Assembly: GCA_040756875.1 (NCBI GenBank)
Contig: JBFLYH010000002.1
Coordinates: forward strand, 981,246 to 1,045,245
Source: a candidate division FCPU426 bacterium
Lineage (GTDB): Bacteria > Oederibacteriota > JAAXVQ01 > JAUVAV01
Length of the DNA: 64,000 nt
Reading direction: 5' to 3'
The notes under the pieces were generated by a model, which saw only the letters and a list, made by a program, of their open reading frames with translations, made no database searches and had not been told where the DNA came from. This document shows positions 1-11,023 of the stretch, in pieces. The position numbers and the translations under genes were made by a program. Position 1 is the first letter of the stretch; every line of letters starts with the position of its first letter.

Positions 1-480
1 CCGCCGGCCAAGGGCGCCACCCAGCTTTCCCGCATCCTGCGCGACATCCTCTACACCGAACCCGGGCAGCCGGGAACGGACTTCAATCCCGCCCTGGAAT
101 ACCTCAACGAAATCATGAAGCGCAAGAGCATCGTGTTCCTCCTGTCGGATTTCCACGCGCCGGACCATGGCCGCGCCCTGGGCGCGACCAACCGCCGCCA
201 CGACGTGATCGCCGTGGAGATCCGCGATCCCGGCGAGGCTGCCCTGCCCGCGGTGCCTTACCTTGCCCTGCAGGATCTGGAGCAGGGCACGAGCCGCCTG
301 GTGCCCGCCGGTTCGGCCGCTTTCCGGCGCGCCTACGAGGAACACCGGCGGCTGCAGGATGAAGCCCGGCGTTCCACCTGGAAGCGCCTGGGCGTGGACC
401 ACATCGAGGTGAGGACCGACCGCTCCTATGTGGAGCCCTTGATCAACTTTTTCCGTATGCGCGCCCGGCGGTTCCACTGA
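1..480 (+). CDS. DUF58-family protein (vWA-like fold), 5'-truncated at window edge
   Basis: Frame 1 is open from nt 1 to stop at 480; C-terminal sequence ...SIVFLLSDFHAP... typical of DUF58 proteins that follow MoxR ATPases in bat operons. Confidence 0.65.
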   Translation, partial: PPAKGATQLSRILRDILYTEPGQPGTDFNPALEYLNEIMKRKSIVFLLSDFHAPDHGRALGATNRRHDVIAVEIRDPGEAALPAVPYLALQDLEQGTSRLVPAGSAAFRRAYEEHRRLQDEARRSTWKRLGVDHIEVRTDRSYVEPLINFFRMRARRFH

Positions 481-502
481 GCCGGCGCGAAGGCAAGGAC
501 CA

Positions 503-1510
503 ATGACGCGAGCCGCCGTTTTTCACATTTGCCTTCTGGGCCTGGCGCTGGCTTTCAGCCGGCCGGGGCTGGCTTTGGACGTTCGTTTCGGCGATCCGGC
601 GGGCACCACGCCCGCGGCCAGCAGCGCCCTGCTGCCGCCGCTGACCTGCAAACTGCAGACACTGACGCCCAAACCGCGCCAGGGAGAGCCGGTTCAATTC
701 AGCCTCACTTTGCAGCTCCAGCCCGGCGTGGTGGCGGACTCGGGCACGACCCTGACCAGCCTGGGCGAGTGGGAAGTGCTGGGCGTGGAGCGCGGGCCGG
801 CGCAGGACCAGGAAGAAAAGCGCGTGCGCCAGGACCGGCTGACCCTGGTCACCTTTGCCAGCGGCAAAGTGGAAGTTCCGGCCTGGATCCAGACCTTCCG
901 GCTGGCCGACGGCCAGCCCGGCGAATTCCGGACCGCGCCCTTGACCGTGAACGTGGAGCCCGTGCCGCACCACTCCGGAGACCGGCCGGGTGAAATCCGC
1001 GGCTTGAAGCCGCAGCGCGGCCTGTTTGTCGCCTGGCCGTGGCTGTTGGCCGCCGCGCTCGCCTCGCTGGCCGTGGCGGCCGGATGGTGGTGGAGCCAGC
1101 GGCAAAAACCCGGCGCGCTGCCGTTCGCTGCGCCCAGCCGTCCGCCGGCCGAAGTCGCGCGGGAGCAGTTGGAGCGTCTGCGGCAGGCGGATTGGCCCGG
1201 CCAGGGTAACTTTAAAGCTTACTACGTCGAATTGTCGGCCATCTTGCGCTTGTATGTGGAAGGATGCTTTCAAGTGCCGGCGCTCGATCAAACCACGCCC
1301 GAGCTGCTCAAGGCTCTGAAACACGCGCGCGCCAAACTGCCGGACATCAATGCCAGCCGCGAGGTGTTGAACCGCAGCGACCTTGTGAAATTCGCCAAGT
1401 GGCTGCCCACGGCCGCCGAAGCCCAGGCGGACTGGCAGGCGGTCTGGGATATGGTTGAGCGCACGGAACCCAAGCCCGAGCCGGCGGAGGAACCCCATGC
1501 AGCTGGCTAA
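503..1510 (+). CDS. Bat-operon membrane protein: signal peptide, BatD-like N-terminal region, one TM helix, DUF4381-like C-terminal region
   Basis: 335-aa ORF; hydrophobic N-terminus, central TM (WPWLLAAALASLAVAAGWWW); sits between DUF58 and BatA genes. Confidence 0.5.
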   Translation: MTRAAVFHICLLGLALAFSRPGLALDVRFGDPAGTTPAASSALLPPLTCKLQTLTPKPRQGEPVQFSLTLQLQPGVVADSGTTLTSLGEWEVLGVERGPAQDQEEKRVRQDRLTLVTFASGKVEVPAWIQTFRLADGQPGEFRTAPLTVNVEPVPHHSGDRPGEIRGLKPQRGLFVAWPWLLAAALASLAVAAGWWWSQRQKPGALPFAAPSRPPAEVAREQLERLRQADWPGQGNFKAYYVELSAILRLYVEGCFQVPALDQTTPELLKALKHARAKLPDINASREVLNRSDLVKFAKWLPTAAEAQADWQAVWDMVERTEPKPEPAEEPHAAG

Positions 1511-2486
1511 TCCGTGGTGGCTGCTCCTGCTTCTGCCCGTGGCCGGACTAGCCTGGCTGCTGTGGCTGCGCAGCCGGCGGCCCGAGGGCTTCAAGTACGC
1601 GGAGCTGTCCTCCTGGCGAAAACTGGGCCCAGCGCAGGCCTTCGGCCCCGATGAGGCGATCTTCGCGCTTTTTATTCTCGGTTTGTGCCTGCTGGTCATG
1701 GCCCTGGCCAGGCCCCAAGCCGGCGTGAAAACCGAGGAAGTCACGGGCCGGGGCGTGGACATCATGCTTTGCCTGGACACCTCGGGCTCCATGCGGGCCG
1801 TGGATTTCCAGCCGCAGAACCGGCTGGGTGCGGCCAAGGAAACGGCCATCCAGTTCATCCAGGCCCGGCCGCGCGACCGCCTGGGTCTGGTGGTGTTCGG
1901 CGGCGCAGCCCAGACTGTCTGCCCGCTGACCGCGGACAAAAAGGCGCTGCTGGATTTCATGCGGCAGGTGCGGATCGACATGACCGGCGTGGACGGCACG
2001 GCGCTCGGATCGGCCGTGGCCCTGGCTGCGGACCGGCTGCGTTCCTCGAAAGCGGCCAGCAAGGTGATATTGCTTTTGACCGACGGCCGCAACAACACAG
2101 GGTCGGTTTCGCCGCTGACTGCAGCTAAAGCCGCGGCTGCGCTGGGGATCAAGATTTATGCGGTCGGCGCCGGGTCGCCCGGCGGCGGGCTGATTCCGGT
2201 CCAGGACCCGGTTTTCGGCACGCGCTACGCCCGCATGGAGCAGGACTTGGATGAGGACACATTGCGCGCCCTGGCCGCGGAAACCGGAGGCAGTTATTTC
2301 CGGGCCAAGGACAGCGAGGGACTCAAACGGATTTTCGAGCGCATCAATCACATGGAAAAAAGCGATTACCAGATCAAGGCCTTCACCCATTACCGGGACT
2401 TGTATTTCAACTGGCTGGCCGCTGGCTGGTTGCTGCTGGCCGCGGCCCTGGGTCTGCGTTACGCGGTTTTCAGGCGGTTGCCGTAG
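1497..2486 (+). CDS. batA: BatA-like von Willebrand factor A domain membrane protein
   Basis: Start moved to in-frame ATG at 1497 (MQLANPWWLLLL...); N-terminal TM pair then vWA domain with MIDAS-like DTSGSM. Confidence 0.8.
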   Translation: MQLANPWWLLLLLPVAGLAWLLWLRSRRPEGFKYAELSSWRKLGPAQAFGPDEAIFALFILGLCLLVMALARPQAGVKTEEVTGRGVDIMLCLDTSGSMRAVDFQPQNRLGAAKETAIQFIQARPRDRLGLVVFGGAAQTVCPLTADKKALLDFMRQVRIDMTGVDGTALGSAVALAADRLRSSKAASKVILLLTDGRNNTGSVSPLTAAKAAAALGIKIYAVGAGSPGGGLIPVQDPVFGTRYARMEQDLDEDTLRALAAETGGSYFRAKDSEGLKRIFERINHMEKSDYQIKAFTHYRDLYFNWLAAGWLLLAAALGLRYAVFRRLP

Positions 2487-2488
2487 AG

Positions 2489-2615
2489 AAGGGGGGATGG
2501 CGGCCTTTCACCCGCGGGACGGCGGCCATTGGGTAGGCCGCCTCGGCTTGCGAAAAACGATGCCTACCAGTGTTTTTCGCAAACGCCCGCTGGCGAAAGG
2601 CCGCCATCCCCATGA
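2489..2615. repeat. Palindromic intergenic element E1: 17-bp perfect outer inverted repeat enclosing two internal hairpins
   Basis: Arms GGGGATGGCGGCCTTTC (2493-2509) and GAAAGGCCGCCATCCCC (2595-2611); inner hairpins GGCGGCC/GGCCGCC and GCGAAAAAC/GTTTTTCGC; homologous to the element at 23945-24070. Confidence 0.7.
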
Positions 2616-2642
2616 AGATAAGTTGTAAAACACACTAAGGGA

Positions 2643-4436
<1,794 letters not shown>

Positions 4437-4449
4437 GCAAGAGGACAGC

Positions 4450-6330
4450 ATGAGAAGAGGGATAGCCAGACTGGGGTTGGCGGCAGTGGTTTTGGCCCTG
4501 CCGCATGCCGCCCTGGCCCAGGACATTACCATTCAGGCGGATGTGAATCCCAAGCAGGCGGCGGTCGGTCAGCCGCTGCGCTTGGTGGTCTCCATTTCAG
4601 GCCAAGCCAACCTGCAGGGAGGGCCCCAGCTGCCGGATCTTTCGGATTTTCAGGTCTACAACGGCGGGCAGTCCACCAATTTTTCCTGGGTCAATGGCCA
4701 GGTGTCTTCTTCCCTGAATTATACCTATGTGCTGGTTCCAAAACACTCCGGCCAGTTCACCATCGGTCCGGTGCAAATTACGCATGCAGGCCAGACCTAT
4801 GCCACCCAGCCCATGACTGTGAGCGTGGGAGCGGCAGCCAGTGCGCCGCCTGCGGCCAGCGCACCCCCGGCCGGCGCGCCGCAGGCGGCCAATGCGCCCC
4901 AGGCCAGCGCGCCGCCCATCCAGACCGAGCGCAACCGCGGCGCGGCCTTCGTGACCACCAGCGTGGACCGCAAGCACGTTTATGTCAACGAGCCGGTGAT
5001 CCTTTCCTTCCGCTTCTACACCCGCGTGCCGATTTTATCGCAGCCCCAATACCAGCCGGCGGATACCAACGGCTTCTGGGCCGAGGACCTTCCGCCCCAG
5101 CGCCAATACACTCAGATCGTCAATGGCAACGACTACCGGGTCATTGAAATCCGCACCTTGCTGTTTCCGACCACAGCCGGGTCTCTGACCATCGGCCCGG
5201 CCAAATTGATCGTACAGATGGAAAACTTTCAGCGCCGCATGGCCGATCCCTTTGCCGATGATTTTTTCCGCAACTTTTTCTCCCGCGGACAGACCGCGGA
5301 ACTGCAATCCGAGCCGATTACCGTTCAGGTCAAATCCATCCCCCAGGAGGGGCGGCCGTCCAATTTTACGGGTGCGGTCGGGAAGTGGTCCCTGTCCGCC
5401 AAACTGGACCGCAGGGAAGCCAAAGTCAACGACGCCGTGACCCTGGAGGTGCGCATTTTCGGAGAAGGCAACGTCAAGTCCGTGGGCAAGCTCGAGCTCC
5501 CGCCCCTGACCGGATTCAAGGTGTACGAAACCATTTCATCCTCGGAGGTGCAGAAACAGGGAGACCAGGTGCGCGGCGTCAAGATCTACCGAACCCTGCT
5601 GCGGCCTGAAGTCACGGGCGTGCTCGCGATCCCTGAACTCGCCTACAGCTATTTCGATCCCCAGTCCGGCACGTTCGAGCAAATCCGGGTGCCGAGCCTG
5701 AGCCTCAAGGTGCTGCCCGGCGAGCCGGCGGCGGCCGGGCAGGCCGCAGCCGTGTTCGCGCCCGGCGCGTCGGCTGCGCCGGCGGAAGGCGTGAAGCTGA
5801 TGGCGCAGGACATCCGTTATCTGAAAACCAGCCTGCCGCTCGCGCCCCGGGCCCAGCCCCTGGCCGGGTGGTTCTGGCTGCTTGGCTTCGGGCTTCCGCC
5901 CCTGATGCTGGCCGGCTTATGGAGCTGGCATCGCTGGCAGGACCGGCTGGCGGCTGATCCCCGGTTTGCGCGGCGCCTGAGCGCCGACAAAAGCGCGCGC
6001 CAGGCCCTGCGCCAGGCGCATCGCTCGCGCCAGCGCCGCGACGCCAAGACGTTCTATGCGCAGCTTATTCAGGCGGTCAACGGGTATTTGGCCGACCATC
6101 TCGGCCTCTCCCGCGCGGGCGTCACGCAGCGCGAATTGCTGCAGCTCCTGCGCCAGCGCCGGGCCCAGGAAGCGCTTCTGTCCGGACTGACCCGTTTGTG
6201 GGAGGAATGCGATTACGCCCGCTTTGCACCCGGCGCCTCTGACCCTGCCGCCATGGAAGCGCACGAGCGCCAGGCCGAATCCCTGCTGGCACAATTGGGA
6301 CGGATTCTTTCCCGGGAGACAAAAGCATGA
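4450..6330 (+). CDS. batD: BatD-like oxygen-tolerance protein
   Basis: 626-aa ORF with signal peptide, Ala/Pro-rich linker, C-terminal TM segment and TPR-like tail; position after BatB. Confidence 0.7.
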   Translation: MRRGIARLGLAAVVLALPHAALAQDITIQADVNPKQAAVGQPLRLVVSISGQANLQGGPQLPDLSDFQVYNGGQSTNFSWVNGQVSSSLNYTYVLVPKHSGQFTIGPVQITHAGQTYATQPMTVSVGAAASAPPAASAPPAGAPQAANAPQASAPPIQTERNRGAAFVTTSVDRKHVYVNEPVILSFRFYTRVPILSQPQYQPADTNGFWAEDLPPQRQYTQIVNGNDYRVIEIRTLLFPTTAGSLTIGPAKLIVQMENFQRRMADPFADDFFRNFFSRGQTAELQSEPITVQVKSIPQEGRPSNFTGAVGKWSLSAKLDRREAKVNDAVTLEVRIFGEGNVKSVGKLELPPLTGFKVYETISSSEVQKQGDQVRGVKIYRTLLRPEVTGVLAIPELAYSYFDPQSGTFEQIRVPSLSLKVLPGEPAAAGQAAAVFAPGASAAPAEGVKLMAQDIRYLKTSLPLAPRAQPLAGWFWLLGFGLPPLMLAGLWSWHRWQDRLAADPRFARRLSADKSARQALRQAHRSRQRRDAKTFYAQLIQAVNGYLADHLGLSRAGVTQRELLQLLRQRRAQEALLSGLTRLWEECDYARFAPGASDPAAMEAHERQAESLLAQLGRILSRETKA

Positions 6331-7079
6331 AACCCAGCGCCCTGATCTGTTTGTTGTGGCTGGCGCCGGGCCTGGTTTGGGCCGCGGCTGCGACCGATCC
6401 CGCGGCCGCAGCGCGCGCGGCTTATGACGCCGGCAATTACGTTCAGGCGGCGGAAGAATACCGGGCGCTGGAAGGGCGTGGTTTCGGGAGTGCGGCCCTG
6501 TATTACGACTGGGGCAACGCCGAATACAAGGCCGGGCATCTGGGCCGCGCCATTGCCCTTTACCGCCGGGCCGAGAAGCTTGGGCCGTGGGACGAGGATG
6601 TGCGCTTCAATCTGGATTACGCCCGCAAGCAGGTCAAGCGGCCCGAGGATCCCAACGGCCCGCTCACCCGCTGGTTGTTGTCCGTTTACCGGAGTCTGCC
6701 CGGCCCGACCCTGCTGGCCGCAGCCTGGGCCATCTACCTGCTGTTGTCGGCCCTGGCGGCGGTCTTGATCGTGCGCCGCGGCCAGGGCGCGCTCTGGCGC
6801 TGGCTGGCCCTGGCTGCCACTGGTTTATTCCTGATCGCCGCCGGCTGGGCCTCCCTGCGGCTGCTCGATGAGAAACAGGCTGCCATTGGGGTGATTGTCA
6901 CCAACCAGGCCGAGGCCCGCAACGGCCCGGCCGCGGACTTCGACGTGGGCTTCAAGATTCCCGAAGGCCGTGAAGTGCGCGTCTTGGGGCACGAGGCCGG
7001 CTGGGTGGCCGTGGGCCTGGCGCCCGAGGGGTATAAGGGCTGGGTCAAATCCGAAGATATTTGGGAAGACGGGGAATGA
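6327..7079 (+). CDS. batE: BatE-like TPR/SH3b-domain protein
   Basis: ATGA overlap with batD stop; signal peptide, TPR-like repeats (AAYDAGNYVQAAEEY..), TM, C-terminal SH3b-like segment (GWVAVG..GYKGWVKSEDI). Confidence 0.6.
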   Translation: MKPSALICLLWLAPGLVWAAAATDPAAAARAAYDAGNYVQAAEEYRALEGRGFGSAALYYDWGNAEYKAGHLGRAIALYRRAEKLGPWDEDVRFNLDYARKQVKRPEDPNGPLTRWLLSVYRSLPGPTLLAAAWAIYLLLSALAAVLIVRRGQGALWRWLALAATGLFLIAAGWASLRLLDEKQAAIGVIVTNQAEARNGPAADFDVGFKIPEGREVRVLGHEAGWVAVGLAPEGYKGWVKSEDIWEDGE

Positions 7080-7633
7080 ACCGACCAGACTGGCCGAACC
7101 CTTATCGGTTGCTCGCGCATCCTGCTTTCATCCTGGCTTCGGCCGCGCTGATGGTCATTGCTTACAGTTGCATGACCCACGGCTTCGCCCGCCATGCCCT
7201 GGATCACATCCTGGCCTTTCAGCTCTCCTTCACCCCCGCCCGGGCGCTGCGGGCGATTGCGGAGTGGGGCCTGCCGGGCGTCCAGGCGTATATGGCCAGC
7301 ATGTGGCTGGATTTTATTTTTCCGCTGGGCTACGGGCTGTTCATTTCGGGCCTGTTGGCCAGGACGCTGATCCGCGGCGGCGAACAAGCGAATGCCCGCA
7401 CCCTGCGGCTGGCGGCGCTGCCCTGGACGGCCGTGGGCTGCGATTACCTGGAAAACGTGCTGCACCTGTGGATGCTTTCCCGCGGCTGGCCCAGCGAGTG
7501 GCTGCCCCTGCTCGCGGCTTCCATAGCCGCGGCCATCAAGTGGGGGATCATGGCTTTCGTGATCCTGGCCCTGCTCGCCACCTGGGGCCGGCGGCTGATT
7601 GAGCGTTTTTTCCCTATGGCCTCCCGTCCCTGA
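7076..7633 (+). CDS. hypothetical integral membrane protein
   Basis: ATGA-coupled to batE; 185 aa with several hydrophobic helices. Confidence 0.5.
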   Translation: MNRPDWPNPYRLLAHPAFILASAALMVIAYSCMTHGFARHALDHILAFQLSFTPARALRAIAEWGLPGVQAYMASMWLDFIFPLGYGLFISGLLARTLIRGGEQANARTLRLAALPWTAVGCDYLENVLHLWMLSRGWPSEWLPLLAASIAAAIKWGIMAFVILALLATWGRRLIERFFPMASRP

Positions 7634-7750
7634 TTTTTTCCTGGTTATTTCGTTGTTCGTCTGTCCCGGTTGTCCTTGACAGCTCCCCAGCCGCTGCTAT
7701 AATCTGGGCCAACGCGGTTTTCTCATCAAGGGTCCAAAGGAGTCCTGGCC

Positions 7751-7918
7751 ATGAAAGGCAATTCTGCTTGCGGTGGGTGGTACTTCATCGCCATGATCGG
7801 CGCGGCGGTTTATTTCGTCCAGCAATCCGCCACGTTCTGGGGCGGCGTGCTTGGCGTGTTGAAAGCCCTGGTCTGGCCCGCGTTCCTGATTTATCGCCTA
7901 CTGGTCTACCTCGCGTAA
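7751..7918 (+). CDS. hypothetical small hydrophobic protein (55 aa)
   Basis: ATG at 7751 to TAA at 7916-7918, below the ORF-track length cut-off; two predicted TM helices; intergenic location. Confidence 0.3.
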   Translation: MKGNSACGGWYFIAMIGAAVYFVQQSATFWGGVLGVLKALVWPAFLIYRLLVYLA

Positions 7919-7998
7919 CCGGCTGTCTTCCTATTATATAGCGGAAGCCTCCGAACCCCGCGGGCCGGCGTTTTGGCTGGAAACGCGGCTTTCCTTGA

Positions 7999-8027
7999 TT
8001 GACTTTCCCTGGCGCCTTGCGTATATT
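7999..8027 (+). promoter_or_regulatory. sigma70-like promoter TTGACT-17-TATATT upstream of the TCA cluster
   Basis: -35 at 7999-8004, 17-nt spacer, -10 at 8022-8027; about 70 nt upstream of the RBS (GGAGG ~8085) and ATG 8098. Confidence 0.45.
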
Positions 8028-8097
8028 TAACCCCCAAAGCCAGCCGAGTTCTGGTTTGTTTGTCCGGCTGGTATTTGGGAAGAAGGAGGCGCCTGTC

Positions 8098-9489
8098 ATG
8101 ATCAAATACGACCACCACCATCACACTCTCAAGCGGGATGAATTCCGCTATCAGCTGCAGGAAGTCAAGGAACCCAATCTGTACCGCGACATCTATACCT
8201 ATGAAATGCCGCCCCTGCTGTGCTTCAACCACCGCATATCGCCTCTGATGCCGGCCGAGGATATTTGGATCACAGACACGACTTTCCGCGACGGGCAGCA
8301 GGCGCTGCCGCCCTTTACGCCGGACCAGATCGTCCACCTCTACGACCTGCTGCACAAACTGTCCGGGCCGCGGGGCCTGATCCGCCAATCCGAGTTCTTT
8401 TTGTATACCGACAAGGACAAGGAAGCAGTGCGGCGCTGTCTGGAGCGCGGCTACGAGTTTCCCGAAGTCACGGGCTGGATCCGCGCCAAGAAGGAAGACC
8501 TCAGCCTGGTCAAGGAAATCGGCATCAAGGAAACGGGCATTTTGACCTCGGCCTCTGACTATCATATTTTCAACAAACTGAAAATGACCCGGCGCCAGGC
8601 CCTGGACAGCTACCTGGAGATCGTACGCGCCGCGCTGGAGATGGGCGTGATTCCGCGCTGCCACTTGGAGGACATCACCCGGGCGGATTTCTACGGCTTC
8701 GTCATCCCCTTTGCCCAGGAGCTCATGAAGCTTTCGCGGGAAGCCGGCGTGCCGGTCAAGATCCGGGCCTGCGACACCCTGGGGTACGGCGTGAGCATTC
8801 CGGGCGTCATGCTGCCGCGCAACGTGAACGGCATCATCTACGGCCTCAAAGAATATGCCGGCGTGCCTTCGGAGCTGATGGAGTGGCACGGCCACAACGA
8901 TTTCTACCGCGCGCTGAGCAATTCCGTGGCCGCCTGGCTGTACGGCTGCTCGGCTGCGAACGGCACCCTGCTCGGCATCGGCGAACGCACGGGCAACACG
9001 GCCATCGAGGCCCTGATCATCGAATACATCGGCCTGCGCGGGGAATTGGCGGGCGTGGATACGTCCGTGATCACCGAGGTGGCCGAGTACTTCGAAAAGG
9101 AACTCAAATACGTCATACCGCACAACCAGCCGCTGGTGGGCAAGAACTTCAACGTCACCCGGGCCGGGATCCATGCGGACGGGCTGATGAAGGACCAGGA
9201 AATCTATAATATCTTCGACACGGAAAAACTGTTAAAGCGGCCGGTGGACATCGGCATCACGGACAAATCCGGCGCGGCCGGCATCGCCTACTGGCTCAAC
9301 GCGCGCCTCAAGATCCCCGAGGCGCACAAAGTGCAAAAGAACGATCCGGGCGTCATAGCCATCAAGGATTGGGTGGACCTGGAATATAAAAACGGGCGCA
9401 TTACCGGCATTTCCGACGAGGAAATGTGGGAACAGGCCCGCATCCACTTTTCCGAGTGGGTGGGTTACGCCCAGAATGACAGGCGGTAG
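8098..9489 (+). CDS. Re-citrate synthase-like enzyme (homocitrate synthase / 2-isopropylmalate synthase family, DRE-TIM metallolyase)
   Basis: Start moved to ATG 8098 (good RBS); motifs ITDTTFRDGQQ and EWHGHNDF; lies directly upstream of icd and aconitase. Confidence 0.6.
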   Translation: MIKYDHHHHTLKRDEFRYQLQEVKEPNLYRDIYTYEMPPLLCFNHRISPLMPAEDIWITDTTFRDGQQALPPFTPDQIVHLYDLLHKLSGPRGLIRQSEFFLYTDKDKEAVRRCLERGYEFPEVTGWIRAKKEDLSLVKEIGIKETGILTSASDYHIFNKLKMTRRQALDSYLEIVRAALEMGVIPRCHLEDITRADFYGFVIPFAQELMKLSREAGVPVKIRACDTLGYGVSIPGVMLPRNVNGIIYGLKEYAGVPSELMEWHGHNDFYRALSNSVAAWLYGCSAANGTLLGIGERTGNTAIEALIIEYIGLRGELAGVDTSVITEVAEYFEKELKYVIPHNQPLVGKNFNVTRAGIHADGLMKDQEIYNIFDTEKLLKRPVDIGITDKSGAAGIAYWLNARLKIPEAHKVQKNDPGVIAIKDWVDLEYKNGRITGISDEEMWEQARIHFSEWVGYAQNDRR

Positions 9490-9495
9490 CGTCCC

Positions 9496-10743
9496 ATGTC
9501 CAAGCTGACGTACACCCCGCCTGCCTCCGGCGAAACGATCGCCTGGCAGGACGGGCGCCTGCAGGTGCCGGACCGGCCCATCGTCGCTTTCGTCGAGGGC
9601 GACGGCATCGGCCCGGACATCTGGCGCGCCAGCCGGCAGGTGCTGGACGCGGCCGTGGAAGCCGTATACCAGGGCCGGCGGCGGATCCACTGGCTGGAAG
9701 TACTGTGCGGCGAGAAAGCCGTGGCCGCCGGCCATTCCGCGCTGCCCGAGGAAACCCTGGAAGCCATCCGCCGCTACCGCGTGGCCATCAAGGGGCCGCT
9801 GACCACTCCGGTCGGAGGCGGGTTCCGTTCCCTCAACGTCAGCCTGCGCCAGCTGCTCGACCTCTACGCCTGCGTGCGGCCGGTGCGTTACTACGCCGGC
9901 ACCCCGGCGCCGGTGAAACAGCCCGAAAAACTCGACGTGGTGATCTTCCGCGAGAACACCGAGGACGTGTACGCCGGCCTCGAATGGCCCAGCAACAGCC
10001 CCGAGGCGCGCAAGCTCGCGGCCTTTGTCACCGCTGAGCTCAAGCAGCCCGTGGCCGGGGACGCGGGCCTGGGCTTGAAGCCCATGACCCGCGCCAACAC
10101 CCAGCGCCTGGTGCGGGCCGCGATACAATTCGCCCTGGACCACGGCCGGCCTTCGGTCACCCTGGTGCACAAGGGCAACATCATGAAATACACCGAAGGC
10201 GCGTTCCGCGACTGGGGCTACGAAGTGGCGGCCGCGGAATTCGCCGGCCGCGCGGTGACGGAAAAAGACCTGGCCGAAAAACACGGCGGCAAAGCCCCGG
10301 CCGGCTGCGTGGTGATCAAGGACCGGATCGCGGACGCCATGTTCCAGCAGGTGCTGCTGCGGCCGGACGAATACTCGGTGCTCGCCACGCCCAACCTCAA
10401 CGGCGATTACCTCTCCGACGCCTGCGCCGCCCAGGTGGGCGGCCTGGGCATGGCCCCGGGCGCGAATCTCGGCGACGGCCTGGCCGTGTTCGAAGCCACG
10501 CACGGCACGGCGCCCAAGTACGCGGGCCAGGACAAAGTCAACCCCGGTTCGCTGATCCTTTCCGGCGTCATGCTGTTGGAGCATTTGGGGTGGGTGGAGG
10601 CGGCCCGCGCGATTCAACAGGCGCTGGAGCGCACGATCCTCTCGGGCGTGGTAACCTATGATCTGGCCCGGCAGATGCCCAAAAGCCGCGAGGTCAAGTG
10701 CAGCGCCTTTGCGGCCGAGATCGTTTCCCATTTGTCCGCCTGA
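9496..10743 (+). CDS. icd: isocitrate dehydrogenase (NADP-dependent)
   Basis: 415-aa ORF with typical IDH N-terminus and conserved blocks (NLNGDYLSD). Confidence 0.85.
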   Translation: MSKLTYTPPASGETIAWQDGRLQVPDRPIVAFVEGDGIGPDIWRASRQVLDAAVEAVYQGRRRIHWLEVLCGEKAVAAGHSALPEETLEAIRRYRVAIKGPLTTPVGGGFRSLNVSLRQLLDLYACVRPVRYYAGTPAPVKQPEKLDVVIFRENTEDVYAGLEWPSNSPEARKLAAFVTAELKQPVAGDAGLGLKPMTRANTQRLVRAAIQFALDHGRPSVTLVHKGNIMKYTEGAFRDWGYEVAAAEFAGRAVTEKDLAEKHGGKAPAGCVVIKDRIADAMFQQVLLRPDEYSVLATPNLNGDYLSDACAAQVGGLGMAPGANLGDGLAVFEATHGTAPKYAGQDKVNPGSLILSGVMLLEHLGWVEAARAIQQALERTILSGVVTYDLARQMPKSREVKCSAFAAEIVSHLSA

Positions 10744-10848
10744 CCACCGCCCCCTCCCCGTTCCGGGAAAAACAGCAAAACCATCCTCCCTTCGCCCCGT
10801 TGGATACCGGCGGAAGACGTCCTTACCAGCCTATCCGTAAAAAGGTTT

Positions 10849-10882
10849 GTTCGGATTCGGATTTGCCCTTCCGAATCCGAAC
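10849..10882. repeat. 13-bp perfect inverted repeat (hairpin) in the icd-mdh intergenic region
   Basis: GTTCGGATTCGGA (10849-10861), 8-nt loop, TCCGAATCCGAAC (10870-10882); flanked by an imperfect outer IR (10801-10813 / 10921-10935). Confidence 0.6.
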
Positions 10883-11023
10883 ATGGAATGCCAGAGGCCT
10901 TAAGGCGGATTCCGACGGTATCCTGCGGAGCGGTGAATGGGCTTTGTTGTTCGAATCTGGTTTTTTTTAGAAAGTATGTTAAGATAGCCCCGGAATTTAT
11001 TCGTTCCTCCGAAGGAGCTCCTT

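Noticed and set aside
443-2152. 569-aa minus-strand ORF overlapping the DUF4381-like and batA genes
   Set aside because: Arg/Gly/Pro/Ala-rich translation typical of an off-frame read in GC-rich DNA; overlaps well-supported + strand genes
7906-10731. Long minus-strand ORFs (7906-9174, 9232-10731) antisense to the Re-citrate synthase and icd genes
   Set aside because: Low-complexity Arg/Gly/His-rich products; the + strand genes have clear motifs and ribosome-binding sites
10935-10960. GTTCGAATC (tRNA T-loop-like) motif in the icd-mdh spacer
   Set aside because: No flanking complementary T-stem, acceptor stem or D-arm could be formed, so it is not a tRNA
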